NCBI GenBank assembly: GCA_031400935.1
Contig: JANNQV010000061.1
Coordinates: 1 to 64,000, forward strand
Length of the DNA stretch: 64,000 nucleotides
Direction: 5' to 3'
From: Armatimonadota bacterium
Lineage (GTDB): Bacteria; Armatimonadota; Fimbriimonadia; Fimbriimonadales; Fimbriimonadaceae
The translations under genes and the position numbers were made by a program. Positions 39,250 through 48,506 of this stretch are shown one piece after another (within the stretch, counting starts at the first letter, position 1; the number at the start of each line of letters is the position of its first letter). Below the pieces are notes generated by a model that saw nothing but the letters and a program-made list of their open reading frames with translations, searched no databases and had not been told where the DNA came from.

Positions 39250-40188
39250 ATGCGAACCTCTAGAATTGTTATCGCCCTCCTGGCGACCGCCCTTATTGCG
39301 GCCGCATCTGCCCAAAACCGAAAGGCGATCTCCCCCGATGTCGCCAATGCCAACGCGATTAGGCTCCTTAGCGAAATCAAGTGGAACGACTCCCTTGATT
39401 CCGCCACAATACAGGCCAAAGCCGAAGGCAAGCTAATCTTCTACATGCACATGCTTGGGAAAATTGGCGGGGATACTTGAAGCGCCGGGCAGAGTTTGAG
39501 AGCCGTGTCGCTCTCCCAAGATCCAGTTTTAGCGACCCTTAAGAACAACTTCGTCTGCGGAACCCGGGACATCACCGGCGAGCCGTGGTCTGGCGTTTCA
39601 GGCGTTAAGCCGATCACCGCTGGTGCCGTCAACACCTCGAACGGAGCGGGACCGCACAATATTCAGATCTTTATTTTGGCGCCCGACCGGACGATTTTGA
39701 CCGTGCTGCCCGGATATTGGAACCCGGAGGATTTGGTCTACGAATTGAAACTCGCGAACAAGTTGTATGCGGTCTGGAAAGACTCCAAACTGACCCGCGA
39801 GCAGAAAGACGCCAAGTTCGCCGAGGTACATCTAGGGCATATCGAAGACCATCCAGCAACGATGGTGAAGAGGAGCCGGATGCAGGGCTTCGACCAGAAA
39901 TTCGAACAAAAAACGCGCCCAGGTACCTCTGATGCGATAGTCTCCCAGACTGGTGGAAAAATGGGCGGTCCGGTTTTCAAAACCACCGACGTACTCTTCC
40001 ACGAGCGCATCGCGAAAACGCCCTTCGCGAAGTATGAGGAGTTCGACGTCGTAGCTTTCAGCGACTATGGGCGGGCGCTTTATAACAAGAAGGAAGAGGG
40101 AAGCCTGCCGGTGGTAGATTCGCGGTCGCAGACCGTTGCGAAGCGGGCGGCGAAGATGCAGAGACGCAAAAGAGGCGGCGGCGGGTAA
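39250..40188 (+). CDS. Candidate selenoprotein: secreted thioredoxin-like / SelN-like protein, 312 aa, in-frame UGA at codon 77
   Basis: ORFs 39250-39480 and 39496-40188 share a frame with only TGA 39478-39480 between them: IKWNDSL..A...AKAEGKLIFYMHMLGKIGGDT-U-SAGQSLRAVSLSQDPVLATLKNNFV. Confidence 0.75.
39496..39519 (+). promoter_or_regulatory. Candidate bacterial SECIS hairpin
   Basis: GAGAGC (39498-39503), loop CGTGTC, GCTCTC (39510-39515), extendable through TTG/CAA. 23 nt separate the UGA from the loop, which has GU at positions 2-3. Confidence 0.55.
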
Positions 40189-40304
40189 GTACTGTGTGTG
40201 CGTTGAGCAAACTCGGTATTAGTCGGTGACAGGTGACCCCGACGCAGCAAACCCAAGTGAAAATGGTCCGCCCAAGATAGATGAGTTGACGAAATGGTTT
40301 TCAT

Positions 40305-40339
40305 CCCTCGACTCTCACAGCGAAGCGAAGGGTTGAGGG
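40305..40339. other. Intergenic hairpin
   Basis: CCCTCGACTCT / AGGGTTGAGGG 11-bp stem with G-U pairs and a GCGAAGCG loop. Confidence 0.5.
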
Positions 40340-40552
40340 TGTCGTTTCACTCTCGGCAACAATCAATCCTCATAGTGAACGCTGAGCTCGAATCTCCCAA
40401 TCCCGACGGTAATTGTGATATCACGTTCGCCTAATATGATCCCAATCAAAATCTAACTTTAGAGACTCTTCACGCCATGCACTACAACTTAACAATTGAA
40501 ATTTGGACAGTTTTCCTGTTATCCTAGCAATGTACTTGTTTTGGAGAAATTG

Positions 40553-40978
40553 ATGCCTATTATTGACGACGTTCGATTGGAAGTAACTGAAAAGGAAGAC
40601 AACAAGCGTATCCTGAATGCAACATGTAGGGTAACAGTTTCGATGTCTCCATTAGAAGCTTGTATTGCGCGACAATGCGCTAGGGCTCTGAACGAAGAAT
40701 TTCGAATATCTGCAGCCATCTATCCAGAGGATTTAGGAGGAGAGGGCTGGAGCTTTATCGCATCTCTTGGATCAGAAAACCTCCAATGGCCGGAGAGCCA
40801 ATCTACAGTTGAACTCGTTTTCAGAAGGTCGTTCGTCCGGGGAGAAGAACTTAACGAAGACCATTTTGGTTGGTTCCAGTTAGAAGATGAATTGATTCCA
40901 AAAGCCGAGATTCGAACTCGCGAAGCTGGGGTATTTGTCACTTCTAAGCGCGGGCCAACCGTTCGCGGATTCTTTTGA
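40553..40978 (+). CDS. Hypothetical protein
   Basis: ATG 40553 preceded by GGAGA; beta-rich pattern; LNED...EDE motif. Confidence 0.6.
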   Translation: MPIIDDVRLEVTEKEDNKRILNATCRVTVSMSPLEACIARQCARALNEEFRISAAIYPEDLGGEGWSFIASLGSENLQWPESQSTVELVFRRSFVRGEELNEDHFGWFQLEDELIPKAEIRTREAGVFVTSKRGPTVRGFF

Positions 40979-41061
40979 CATCTAGTCAAAAATGCAAAAG
41001 ATTCAGTCCTCAAAAACTATTTTGAGCAGTGCTCTGTTTGTGGCTGAAAGTGTGCATCTTG

Positions 41062-41742
41062 TCACAGTCTCTTCTGAGCTGGCCCCCAAACCGAATTCAT
41101 AAGTTCAAATCCTTTCGGATCGAACTGCATTAGTTCAGCGCGGACAAATGGATAGAAATCGTTTTGCCCGAAATAGGCTTCCGTCGCTTCGGCGAAGTAT
41201 TCCATCTGATTAGTTAGCGCGTAATGCTTGGCGGGTTTGCCGTTCCAATGGAGAATCGCTTCGTACGATTTAGACTCAGTCGCGAACTCAAAGACTTCTT
41301 TCACTGGTTTATTCTCAAAGCCGCCTTCCAAGAATTGGTCGTGATAGGCGTGGACTAGTTCGTGAAGAACCATCCACGGCTGTTCGTATGTCCAGCTTAC
41401 AAAGGTCTTAACGTTTCCGATCTCGATTCCCTTTGCCATATCCGGGTTCATTTTATGCTCCTTCAGATATTGGGCTCCCGGATGATACGCCATGCATTGC
41501 GTCCCTGGGGCAGCCTTATGAACCCAAACAACCACTCTGCGAAGCTTTGCAAGCGGCGCATCCGCCACTACGTGAGATATCCGGTAAAGCTGTGTGGCTA
41601 GCTCTTGGCGCGCAGAAACCCAAATTGGGTCTATCGGTGCAGCGAGTTTGGATTCTATCTTGATTGTGAAGCCTTCAATGGTCTCGGTTACATATGGTTC
41701 AGGAGCTAGCGCAAGTGCCAGTCCAAGTGAAGCGGCAAACAT
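41062..41742 (-). CDS. Secreted zinc-dependent metallopeptidase (zincin)
   Basis: HELVH motif followed by YA.TN..EYFAE.TEAYF. Confidence 0.88.
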   Translation of the reverse strand: MFAASLGLALALAPEPYVTETIEGFTIKIESKLAAPIDPIWVSARQELATQLYRISHVVADAPLAKLRRVVVWVHKAAPGTQCMAYHPGAQYLKEHKMNPDMAKGIEIGNVKTFVSWTYEQPWMVLHELVHAYHDQFLEGGFENKPVKEVFEFATESKSYEAILHWNGKPAKHYALTNQMEYFAEATEAYFGQNDFYPFVRAELMQFDPKGFELMNSVWGPAQKRL

Positions 41743-41809
41743 GCAGGATTATAGCATTGCTCTTCGTGGGCCATAGGGAATGGTTCTTTTCCCAAGGTTC
41801 AAGCCGTGC

Positions 41810-42436
41810 CTATTTCCCAAATCGTGTCAGCTCAAGTTTTCGGAACTCGATTTCTGCACCTTCGGACTGCAACCCGATCTGCCCCTTCTTTACGGAACTC
41901 GAAACCCCGTCATTCACCAAGTCGCCGTTTACCCACACTTTTATTGTGTCATCGCGGCATTCCATCGTCATGGTGTTCCACTCGCCGACTGGCTTTTCTG
42001 AATTGTCCGTGAAGTTCTTGCCAGCCTTTTCCGTCGGGGCACCCGCTTTCATGAGCGATTCGCTAAACAAGTGGAAGTCGCCAGCGTTCCCAGATTTTAA
42101 CTGAGCTTCAATACCTTGAGGCAAGAAATTTCCGAGAGCGCGAAGCTTTGAGGCGTGAAGAATGACTCCAGAATTGCCCGGCTCCTTCGACCAGCGGTAA
42201 ACGACAACCAATTTGTAATTTTCGTAGGAAGAATCGGTAATCAGGTGCCCCATCGGAGTCCCAAGACTTACGAGCATTTTGTCTCGCACGATGAAGGGAA
42301 CTGGCAGTTCAGGCTTGGTGTCTCGATCAGGAATGTCTGCATGCCAACCCTTTAGGCTCTTGCCGTCGAACAGGGAAATCGGCTTTGCAGGGTGGGTAGC
42401 GATGGCGAGAGGAAATGCGAGTAGGAGTATGTTCAT
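41810..42436 (-). CDS. DUF1080 / 3-keto-disaccharide hydrolase family protein
   Basis: LFDGKSLKGW, GNSGV, IEAQL, GEWN, VNG and G.IGLQSEG.EIEFR. Confidence 0.93.
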   Translation of the reverse strand: MNILLLAFPLAIATHPAKPISLFDGKSLKGWHADIPDRDTKPELPVPFIVRDKMLVSLGTPMGHLITDSSYENYKLVVVYRWSKEPGNSGVILHASKLRALGNFLPQGIEAQLKSGNAGDFHLFSESLMKAGAPTEKAGKNFTDNSEKPVGEWNTMTMECRDDTIKVWVNGDLVNDGVSSSVKKGQIGLQSEGAEIEFRKLELTRFGK

Positions 42437-42466
42437 GTTTGGAGTTTAGCTCAGAACGGACTGAGA

Positions 42467-43363
42467 TTAGCACTCTGTCTCGCTTTCGTGGATTCTAGTT
42501 TTCCTGCGCCCAATAAGTCCAAGAACCGCAAATCCCACGGTCAAGAGTGTCGCCGGTTCGGGCACTGGGCCATAGATATGCTGAATTCCGGCGATGTCGT
42601 CCGGCCTGAGTTCGCGCTTTGCCCCAACATACTCTGGAAACATTACGCTGCCCGGAACGTTTGTATGGGTCAATCCTAACGAGTGTCCAATTTCATGAAG
42701 CATCACAGTTTCAAAATCAAAGATGGTCCAGCCTTCGAACACGTGATTTGGATTGTCAATCCACTGAAACTCATTGCTGAAATGAATGTCGCCAGTTATT
42801 GAGCCACCTGCACCATAAATGGATTCATTTCCTGGCTGATACGCATGTGCGATTGCTCCGCCAAATCCACCATGAACTGCTCCAAATCGCATCTCGGCTA
42901 CGTGTGCGCCAAGTGCTTCAGGCGCCCCACCATCAAGGCCGCAATCCGAGATTGGACCGACGATGCTCAGGTTGCAGACTGCCGACCACTTTGAAAGCGC
43001 GCTTGTAATTGCGGCAATTTCCTCGGATTGAGATGAGGTTCCAAGTAAAGTTCCGAACTCGACTGTTCTCAAGCCAGAGTGGCTTTCATAGCCCGAAAAG
43101 CCTAGGTCGTTTCGCATGATTGACCATGTAAATGAGCCAGGCGTGCCCTCGTTACCTTGCAGATAAGCTGCAACGTTTGGCCCCATCCCCCATTTTGTAC
43201 CGTTGACTTCAAATGAATGCGAAGCAGTCGCGAGTGCCGAGATAGAAGCGATCGCCAGTAGGGTCCGCGGAATAGCCACGCTGAGTCTGCAATGAAACAA
43301 GTTCGTCTCAATCATCTGTTTTTTATCCTCAGCTGAGTTGTTCATGCTGAAACGGTATGCCAC
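42467..43363 (-). CDS. Matrixin (M10) metalloprotease with PEP-CTERM anchor
   Basis: AHAY.P, GDIHF, HEIGHSLGLTH, SVMFP Met-turn, DDIAGIQ.IYG, then VPEPAT...RRK. Start codon uncertain. Confidence 0.92.
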   Translation of the reverse strand: MAYRFSMNNSAEDKKQMIETNLFHCRLSVAIPRTLLAIASISALATASHSFEVNGTKWGMGPNVAAYLQGNEGTPGSFTWSIMRNDLGFSGYESHSGLRTVEFGTLLGTSSQSEEIAAITSALSKWSAVCNLSIVGPISDCGLDGGAPEALGAHVAEMRFGAVHGGFGGAIAHAYQPGNESIYGAGGSITGDIHFSNEFQWIDNPNHVFEGWTIFDFETVMLHEIGHSLGLTHTNVPGSVMFPEYVGAKRELRPDDIAGIQHIYGPVPEPATLLTVGFAVLGLIGRRKTRIHESETEC

Positions 43364-44281
43364 TTAAAACGCATCGGACTTTCGATACGCATCAATCAAC
43401 ACCCGTTCGCCCTCTTTGCCAGGCTTTGCGTTTCCATGTTCCATTCCCAACACACCTTTGAACCCCTTTCCATGGATATGTTTAAACACGTTTAGGTAAT
43501 TGATTTCACCTGTCGTGGGCTCATTCCTTCCAGGATTGTCGCCAATTTGGAAATAGGAAACCTCTGACCAAGCGGCATTGATATTCGGGATAAGATTGCC
43601 TTCATGAATCTGTTGATGGTACATATCAAACAGAATTTTGCAGCTCGGGCTATTCACCGCACGGCAGATTTCAAACGCCTGAGGAATCTTGTTGAGGAAG
43701 AGGTTGGGATGATCCCGGAAGTTAAGGGGTTCAAGCACCATGATCAATCCATGCGGTTCGAATATCTCTGCCCCTCGACGAAGCATTTCAACCACATTAG
43801 CGGTCTGGAAGCCAATATCCAGCCGTGGTTGATACACCCCCGGCACTACAGTCATCCATTTCGCGCCCACACGCTTAGCGACTTGAACGGAGTCTTTGCA
43901 AGCAGAAGTGAACTTATCGAGCACTTCTTTTGAACCTGTTGTCATGCTTGGGGTTGACCATTCGATGTCGTTCGCAACGAACACTCCCATCGTAATGCCT
44001 AAGTCACGCATTGCCTTGCCTAGTTTCTCCTGGTTCGCTGGAGATTGCCCCCGCATTCCATTGTCTTCCCAAGCACGGAAGCCTTCATCGGCCGCGAATT
44101 TCAGCTGGTCAACTAGATCAGGGCCCGCTGAATTCTGAAACATCCCAAAATGTGGGGCGTAATTGAGCTTAAATGGTCCCTTCGGCACTTCTTTTGACTC
44201 CTTGTCGTTCGCTAGCCCGGATCCGGTTGCGAGGGTTGCTCCCGCTGCCAGGCTTGTCTTCAAAATGTCTCGTCGTGTCAT
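43364..44281 (-). CDS. Tat-exported hydroxypyruvate isomerase-like / sugar-phosphate isomerase TIM-barrel protein
   Basis: MTRRDILK Tat signal; LEPLN, LFDMYHQQ..EGNL and DNPGRNEP.TGEINY. Confidence 0.9.
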   Translation of the reverse strand: MTRRDILKTSLAAGATLATGSGLANDKESKEVPKGPFKLNYAPHFGMFQNSAGPDLVDQLKFAADEGFRAWEDNGMRGQSPANQEKLGKAMRDLGITMGVFVANDIEWSTPSMTTGSKEVLDKFTSACKDSVQVAKRVGAKWMTVVPGVYQPRLDIGFQTANVVEMLRRGAEIFEPHGLIMVLEPLNFRDHPNLFLNKIPQAFEICRAVNSPSCKILFDMYHQQIHEGNLIPNINAAWSEVSYFQIGDNPGRNEPTTGEINYLNVFKHIHGKGFKGVLGMEHGNAKPGKEGERVLIDAYRKSDAF

Positions 44282-44282
44282 T

Positions 44283-45539
44283 TCAGATCAGCCTCGTTAC
44301 GCCCGGCATAGCAACGGGTGGAACTAAGACGGCCCCCATTTCAAGCTTCGCAGGAATAAGACTTTCCTGCGAATTCATCGCAGCATCCCATGAGACTTCT
44401 TGCCCCGTGTAGGCAGACATTCTGCCCATGATCGCAGTTAGCGTGCTTTCTGCAACTTGCCGACCTTCGTTGATCGGTTTGCCGCTTGCTATTGCCTCAT
44501 AAAGGTGCCTGTGCTCTTCGACATACGGATTCGGCCTATCACCTTCAAAACGCCATTTAGCTTCGCCGTTGATCACAGTGTTCCCATCTGAAGTGCCCTT
44601 GGTTCCGACGATGTGTTCGGAAACGCGGTTTGCGGTCCCGTCAATCTGTCGGCACATGCTCAGCATCTTGACTCCGTTTGCGTATTCGTACTCGGTGGCA
44701 AAATGGTCGAAAATGTGCCCGAACTCGGGTCCAGTTCGTACCTGTCGGCCAGCAAGAGATGTCGCGCGAACAGGGTGGCCTTTCATTGCCCAGTTGCAAA
44801 CGTCCAGATTGTGAACGTGCTGCTCAACAATATGGTCGCCGGAAAGCCAAGTGAAATAGAGCCAGTTGCGAAGCTGCCATTCCATATCGCTCCAATTTGG
44901 CTTGCGATCATGCATCCAAAGGCCACCTTGATTCCAATAGGCGTAGCAAGCTGAAATGTCGCCAATTGCGCCTTCATGAATCCGCCTCATCGCTTCTCGA
45001 TAGGCAACATCGTGCCTTCGCTGTGTTCCTGCGACGATGCAAAGTTTTTTCGAAGCAGCCGTATCGGAAGAGGCAAACACCGATCTAATTCCTGGCGCAT
45101 CTATTGCTACTGGTTTTTCCATGAAAACGTGTTTTCCAGCGTCAATTGCCGCCTTGAGGTGCATCGGACGAAATCCTGGAGGACTCGTGAGAATGACTAC
45201 ATCCACATCGGTTGCCAACACCTTTTTGTAAGCATCGAAACCAGTGAAGGCGCGCTCGTCGGTCACTCGAAATCGCTGTCCCAATTCCTTTTTCAAGGCA
45301 TTGCGCGAACCTGTGAGACGGTCTTCAAACATGTCTCCCATCGCCCAAACAACAACAGATGGGTTTGCAGTGGCGTTGTCCATCGCCGCACCGCTGCCTC
45401 GTCCGCCACAGCCGATCACGCCGACTCGAATCACGTCTGAGCCTGATGCGAATGCGAAATTAGGGAGCGTAAGCACTCCAGCTGCGCCAGCCGATTTGGC
45501 TAAGAAATTTCGTCGAGAGACTTCGTCATGGTGTTCCAT
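44283..45539 (-). CDS. Tat-exported Gfo/Idh/MocA oxidoreductase
   Basis: SRRNFL Tat signal; GVIGCGGRG, HVFMEKP and EQHVHNLD. Confidence 0.93.
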   Translation of the reverse strand: MEHHDEVSRRNFLAKSAGAAGVLTLPNFAFASGSDVIRVGVIGCGGRGSGAAMDNATANPSVVVWAMGDMFEDRLTGSRNALKKELGQRFRVTDERAFTGFDAYKKVLATDVDVVILTSPPGFRPMHLKAAIDAGKHVFMEKPVAIDAPGIRSVFASSDTAASKKLCIVAGTQRRHDVAYREAMRRIHEGAIGDISACYAYWNQGGLWMHDRKPNWSDMEWQLRNWLYFTWLSGDHIVEQHVHNLDVCNWAMKGHPVRATSLAGRQVRTGPEFGHIFDHFATEYEYANGVKMLSMCRQIDGTANRVSEHIVGTKGTSDGNTVINGEAKWRFEGDRPNPYVEEHRHLYEAIASGKPINEGRQVAESTLTAIMGRMSAYTGQEVSWDAAMNSQESLIPAKLEMGAVLVPPVAMPGVTRLI

Positions 45540-45646
45540 GTTCGTACTATATCAGATTTTTTCGACTAGTCGTAGACAGTTTATGAAAAGCACTCCTGCT
45601 ATTCACTTTGGTAAACCAGCTCTAACCAAAGTAACGTCTCCATACT

Positions 45647-46270
45647 ATGATCGCCACAATCATAACGATAAGCATCCTCGCGCAGAACAGCAACACGAAT
45701 CCAGCACCATATCAGAGCAAACTTACTGCTTCATACGCAGCTGTTTTTGAAAAACTGGCGGGTCACGGTTTCGCAGGATCGGAGGTTATCATCGAACTCG
45801 ATCAGAATGATCCCCGGCATTGGAAAGCGGCGATTTGGATTCATTCGGTGGAAGAATTGTTGATTCCAATTGCGGAACAGACGGTTTCTGCTGAGAAGCT
45901 TCAGTTTCAGTTGCTGCCGTTTGGGAAGCACGTTTCGGATATCATAGGCAAAATTGGCAGGGAAGTAGACCGAAAAGCTTGGACGCATGCCAAATGCGCA
46001 TTGCCTAAAGCAGACAATTTGGATTGGGCTACTAGAATTGTTTTCATTCTTTACTCGACTGGATCCGGCTGCAAACTTACTGATGAGATACTGGCCAATC
46101 ACGAAGTTGATGTATTGGCTGGATTGGCGCTCGCGACTTACCCATCAAGAGGCGGGGGCAACTTGATCCCAATCGGTCGCGACGGATCGGTAACGAGAGT
46201 TCTTAGACCATGCCTGGGCGGACCCTTAATTCCAGGGTTTGAAACTCCGGGATTTCCAAAGAGCCATTGA
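45647..46270 (+). CDS. Secreted hypothetical protein
   Basis: Short hydrophobic N-terminus; 207-aa ORF. Confidence 0.55.
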   Translation: MIATIITISILAQNSNTNPAPYQSKLTASYAAVFEKLAGHGFAGSEVIIELDQNDPRHWKAAIWIHSVEELLIPIAEQTVSAEKLQFQLLPFGKHVSDIIGKIGREVDRKAWTHAKCALPKADNLDWATRIVFILYSTGSGCKLTDEILANHEVDVLAGLALATYPSRGGGNLIPIGRDGSVTRVLRPCLGGPLIPGFETPGFPKSH

Positions 46271-46320
46271 TTCACGAACGATACTGATCTCGTGCTTGTG
46301 CGTAAGTTGTTGGGTCCGTA

Positions 46321-47259
46321 CTACCCCAATGCCGCGTCCATGGTTTCTCGAACGACAACCGTTGTCTCTCTGACTTCCATTAATGCAGGCAGCCAATGTT
46401 TGATGGCATTCGCAGTGTGCGAACCTTCGGTCATGATCTCATGGGCTCTTTTAACCGTCTTTTCCATTGAAACAAGTGACTCTGTGGTTAGCTTCTTAAA
46501 CATGTCCTGAAGTGGCCCCAAACTGTCGCGCTCGACAAAATCCATCATGTGCAGCATCATGTCGTGGATTGTCTCAGTCATGTAGCTTGATTGGTCATCA
46601 AGGATCTTGTGCATCTGGTCAAATGACTCATCCATCTTCTTAACAAATGTTTTCGAGGCTTCAGGTAGTTTCTTGCTGGATATCTGATCCGCTGAATGTT
46701 CAAGGTCTGAAAAAGCCTGAAAAGTAGATTGCGTCAGGTTAACTGAAACAGTTTCAGAAAACTCACCGACGGTCGTTTCGGTGTCATCTCCGAGGTCTTG
46801 AGTTGTATGAAGCAGGTCAATGCAATGGCTGAAGTAATTGGCAAACTCCATTGAAAGATTGTGCGTCAGGTCGGTAAGCAGTTCCTCGTATTCAACTAAT
46901 TCGTTTTCCATCACGATGACTTTGGACTGAATTTGCTTATGGGTTTCAAATAAATGGTCTAACTCATGATTAAGGTAATGGCGAGCTTGGTGAAGCCTTT
47001 CCAGCGAAGCCGTTTTTTCGATCTCTATTGCCTTGGCAGCCTCATATTCCAAATCTGAAAACTCTTGAAGCGCCTTTACAAAAAAGTCAGCAGACCTTGC
47101 CGTTTCGTCATGAAGGAAGCGGTGTTCCAAAAGGTGCATTTCGTTGATTTCGTCGTCAATAACGCTCAACTTTTCGACAGAATGATGTACCTTATCGCTC
47201 GCCGTAACAAGAGTCTCACGGCGTTCTTCGATGGCTATGAATAGGTCCGGGAAGGTCAT
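46321..47259 (-). CDS. All-helical / coiled-coil hypothetical protein
   Basis: Acidic, heptad-patterned, very few Pro or Gly. Confidence 0.7.
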   Translation of the reverse strand: MTFPDLFIAIEERRETLVTASDKVHHSVEKLSVIDDEINEMHLLEHRFLHDETARSADFFVKALQEFSDLEYEAAKAIEIEKTASLERLHQARHYLNHELDHLFETHKQIQSKVIVMENELVEYEELLTDLTHNLSMEFANYFSHCIDLLHTTQDLGDDTETTVGEFSETVSVNLTQSTFQAFSDLEHSADQISSKKLPEASKTFVKKMDESFDQMHKILDDQSSYMTETIHDMMLHMMDFVERDSLGPLQDMFKKLTTESLVSMEKTVKRAHEIMTEGSHTANAIKHWLPALMEVRETTVVVRETMDAALG

Positions 47260-47424
47260 TTGGGTTTACTATCAAGGCTTTATACGGATGAATCTGGCAC
47301 TTCAGCGCAAAATGACATTGCCATTTAGTGTATTGGACTGTGCGAATACGTTTGAAGTTTCAATTTCTCTTTGCTAAATGAGGTTTGTACTTACATATTT
47401 CGCGGCAAAGGTACCATCTTAGAC

Positions 47425-47913
47425 ATGGCAGATATGATGAGCGAGAGCTACTTTCCGACTTTGACACCGTATATTGTGGTCCGTGACGCTAAAGCCGCAA
47501 TTGAATTCTACACCAAGGCATTTGGAGCAGTGGCAAGGAACGTCGCAATGACCCCGGAGGGGAGTAAAGTAATGAACGCCCAGCTTCTCATTGGAAATTC
47601 GGTGCTTATGCTAAACGATGAGTTTCCAGATTTTGGAGCAACTGCGCCGAAAGAGGGCGAGCGAGTTCACTCGACTATTCACATAAACTCGCTGGATGTA
47701 AACACTGATTTCCAACGGGCAATTGATGCTGGGGGAATCGTTACCATGCCGCTTGCTGACATGTTTTGGGGAGATCGATACGGGGCATTTAAGTGTCCAT
47801 TTGGCTACAACTGGTCAATGGGTCAGAAAATGCGCAATCTGTCTGAGGAAGACATGGCAAGAGAGATGGCTGAAGCGTTTGCCAATCATGGCGAAGATTC
47901 TGCTTCACCTTAA
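47425..47913 (+). CDS. VOC family (PhnB/glyoxalase-like) protein
   Basis: LTPYIVV..A..AIEFY.KAFGA and DMFWGDRYG...PFGYNW; ATG 47425 preferred as start. Confidence 0.92.
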   Translation: MADMMSESYFPTLTPYIVVRDAKAAIEFYTKAFGAVARNVAMTPEGSKVMNAQLLIGNSVLMLNDEFPDFGATAPKEGERVHSTIHINSLDVNTDFQRAIDAGGIVTMPLADMFWGDRYGAFKCPFGYNWSMGQKMRNLSEEDMAREMAEAFANHGEDSASP

Positions 47914-48000
47914 TCCTTGGTTCGAGTATTCGAGTCAGAATTGTTCCTCGTAGTTATACGCGATAGAAATTGGCGTACCATAAGAGAAAGGAGTTGAATC

Positions 48001-48408
48001 ATGAAAGCTAGTCTAATCGTACTTTTCGCAATCGGAACCGTATCAGCGGCACTGTCACAATCCGTAAAAGTCAAAGTTGAGGATATTGTGGTCAAATTTG
48101 AGTTGCCACCAATGATGACGAACCGCGTTACGATGGTTCCACTTCGCGGGATTGTAGACGCCATGGGTGCCACAATGCGCTGGAACCTGGAAAAAGAGAC
48201 CGTGTCCATTTGGAAGGGGAATCGAAGGATTGATTTTGTTCTAAACAGCCGCTCTGCAAATGTTAACAACAAACGCATGGAAATGGAAGAGGCACCATTT
48301 ATGCACAAAGCTCGAATTTTCGTACCCCTCAAGTTCATTGCAATTGCAGCTGGCTACGTGACTTCGCAAGAGAAAGGCTGGTATGTCTTGCGTCCTGTAG
48401 GAAAGTAG
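48001..48408 (+). CDS. Copper amine oxidase N-terminal (stalk) domain protein
   Basis: TMVPLR.I..AMGA...W and P.....RIFVPL.FI; AGGAG Shine-Dalgarno. Confidence 0.88.
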   Translation: MKASLIVLFAIGTVSAALSQSVKVKVEDIVVKFELPPMMTNRVTMVPLRGIVDAMGATMRWNLEKETVSIWKGNRRIDFVLNSRSANVNNKRMEMEEAPFMHKARIFVPLKFIAIAAGYVTSQEKGWYVLRPVGK

Positions 48409-48506
48409 GGAATTCAGTTGCTCGAATAGCCTAAATTGGCAATTTCCACTATTGCGAGTTGTCGAATTTACTAATTCCCCACTAGTCTGTTTCAAATTGT
48501 TCAAAC

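Noticed and set aside
39250..40188. Reading the UGA-split gene as a simple pseudogene
   Set aside because: Not excluded, but disfavoured. The only lesion is a TGA exactly at the predicted redox site, both halves are otherwise intact, and a hairpin follows at SECIS-like spacing.
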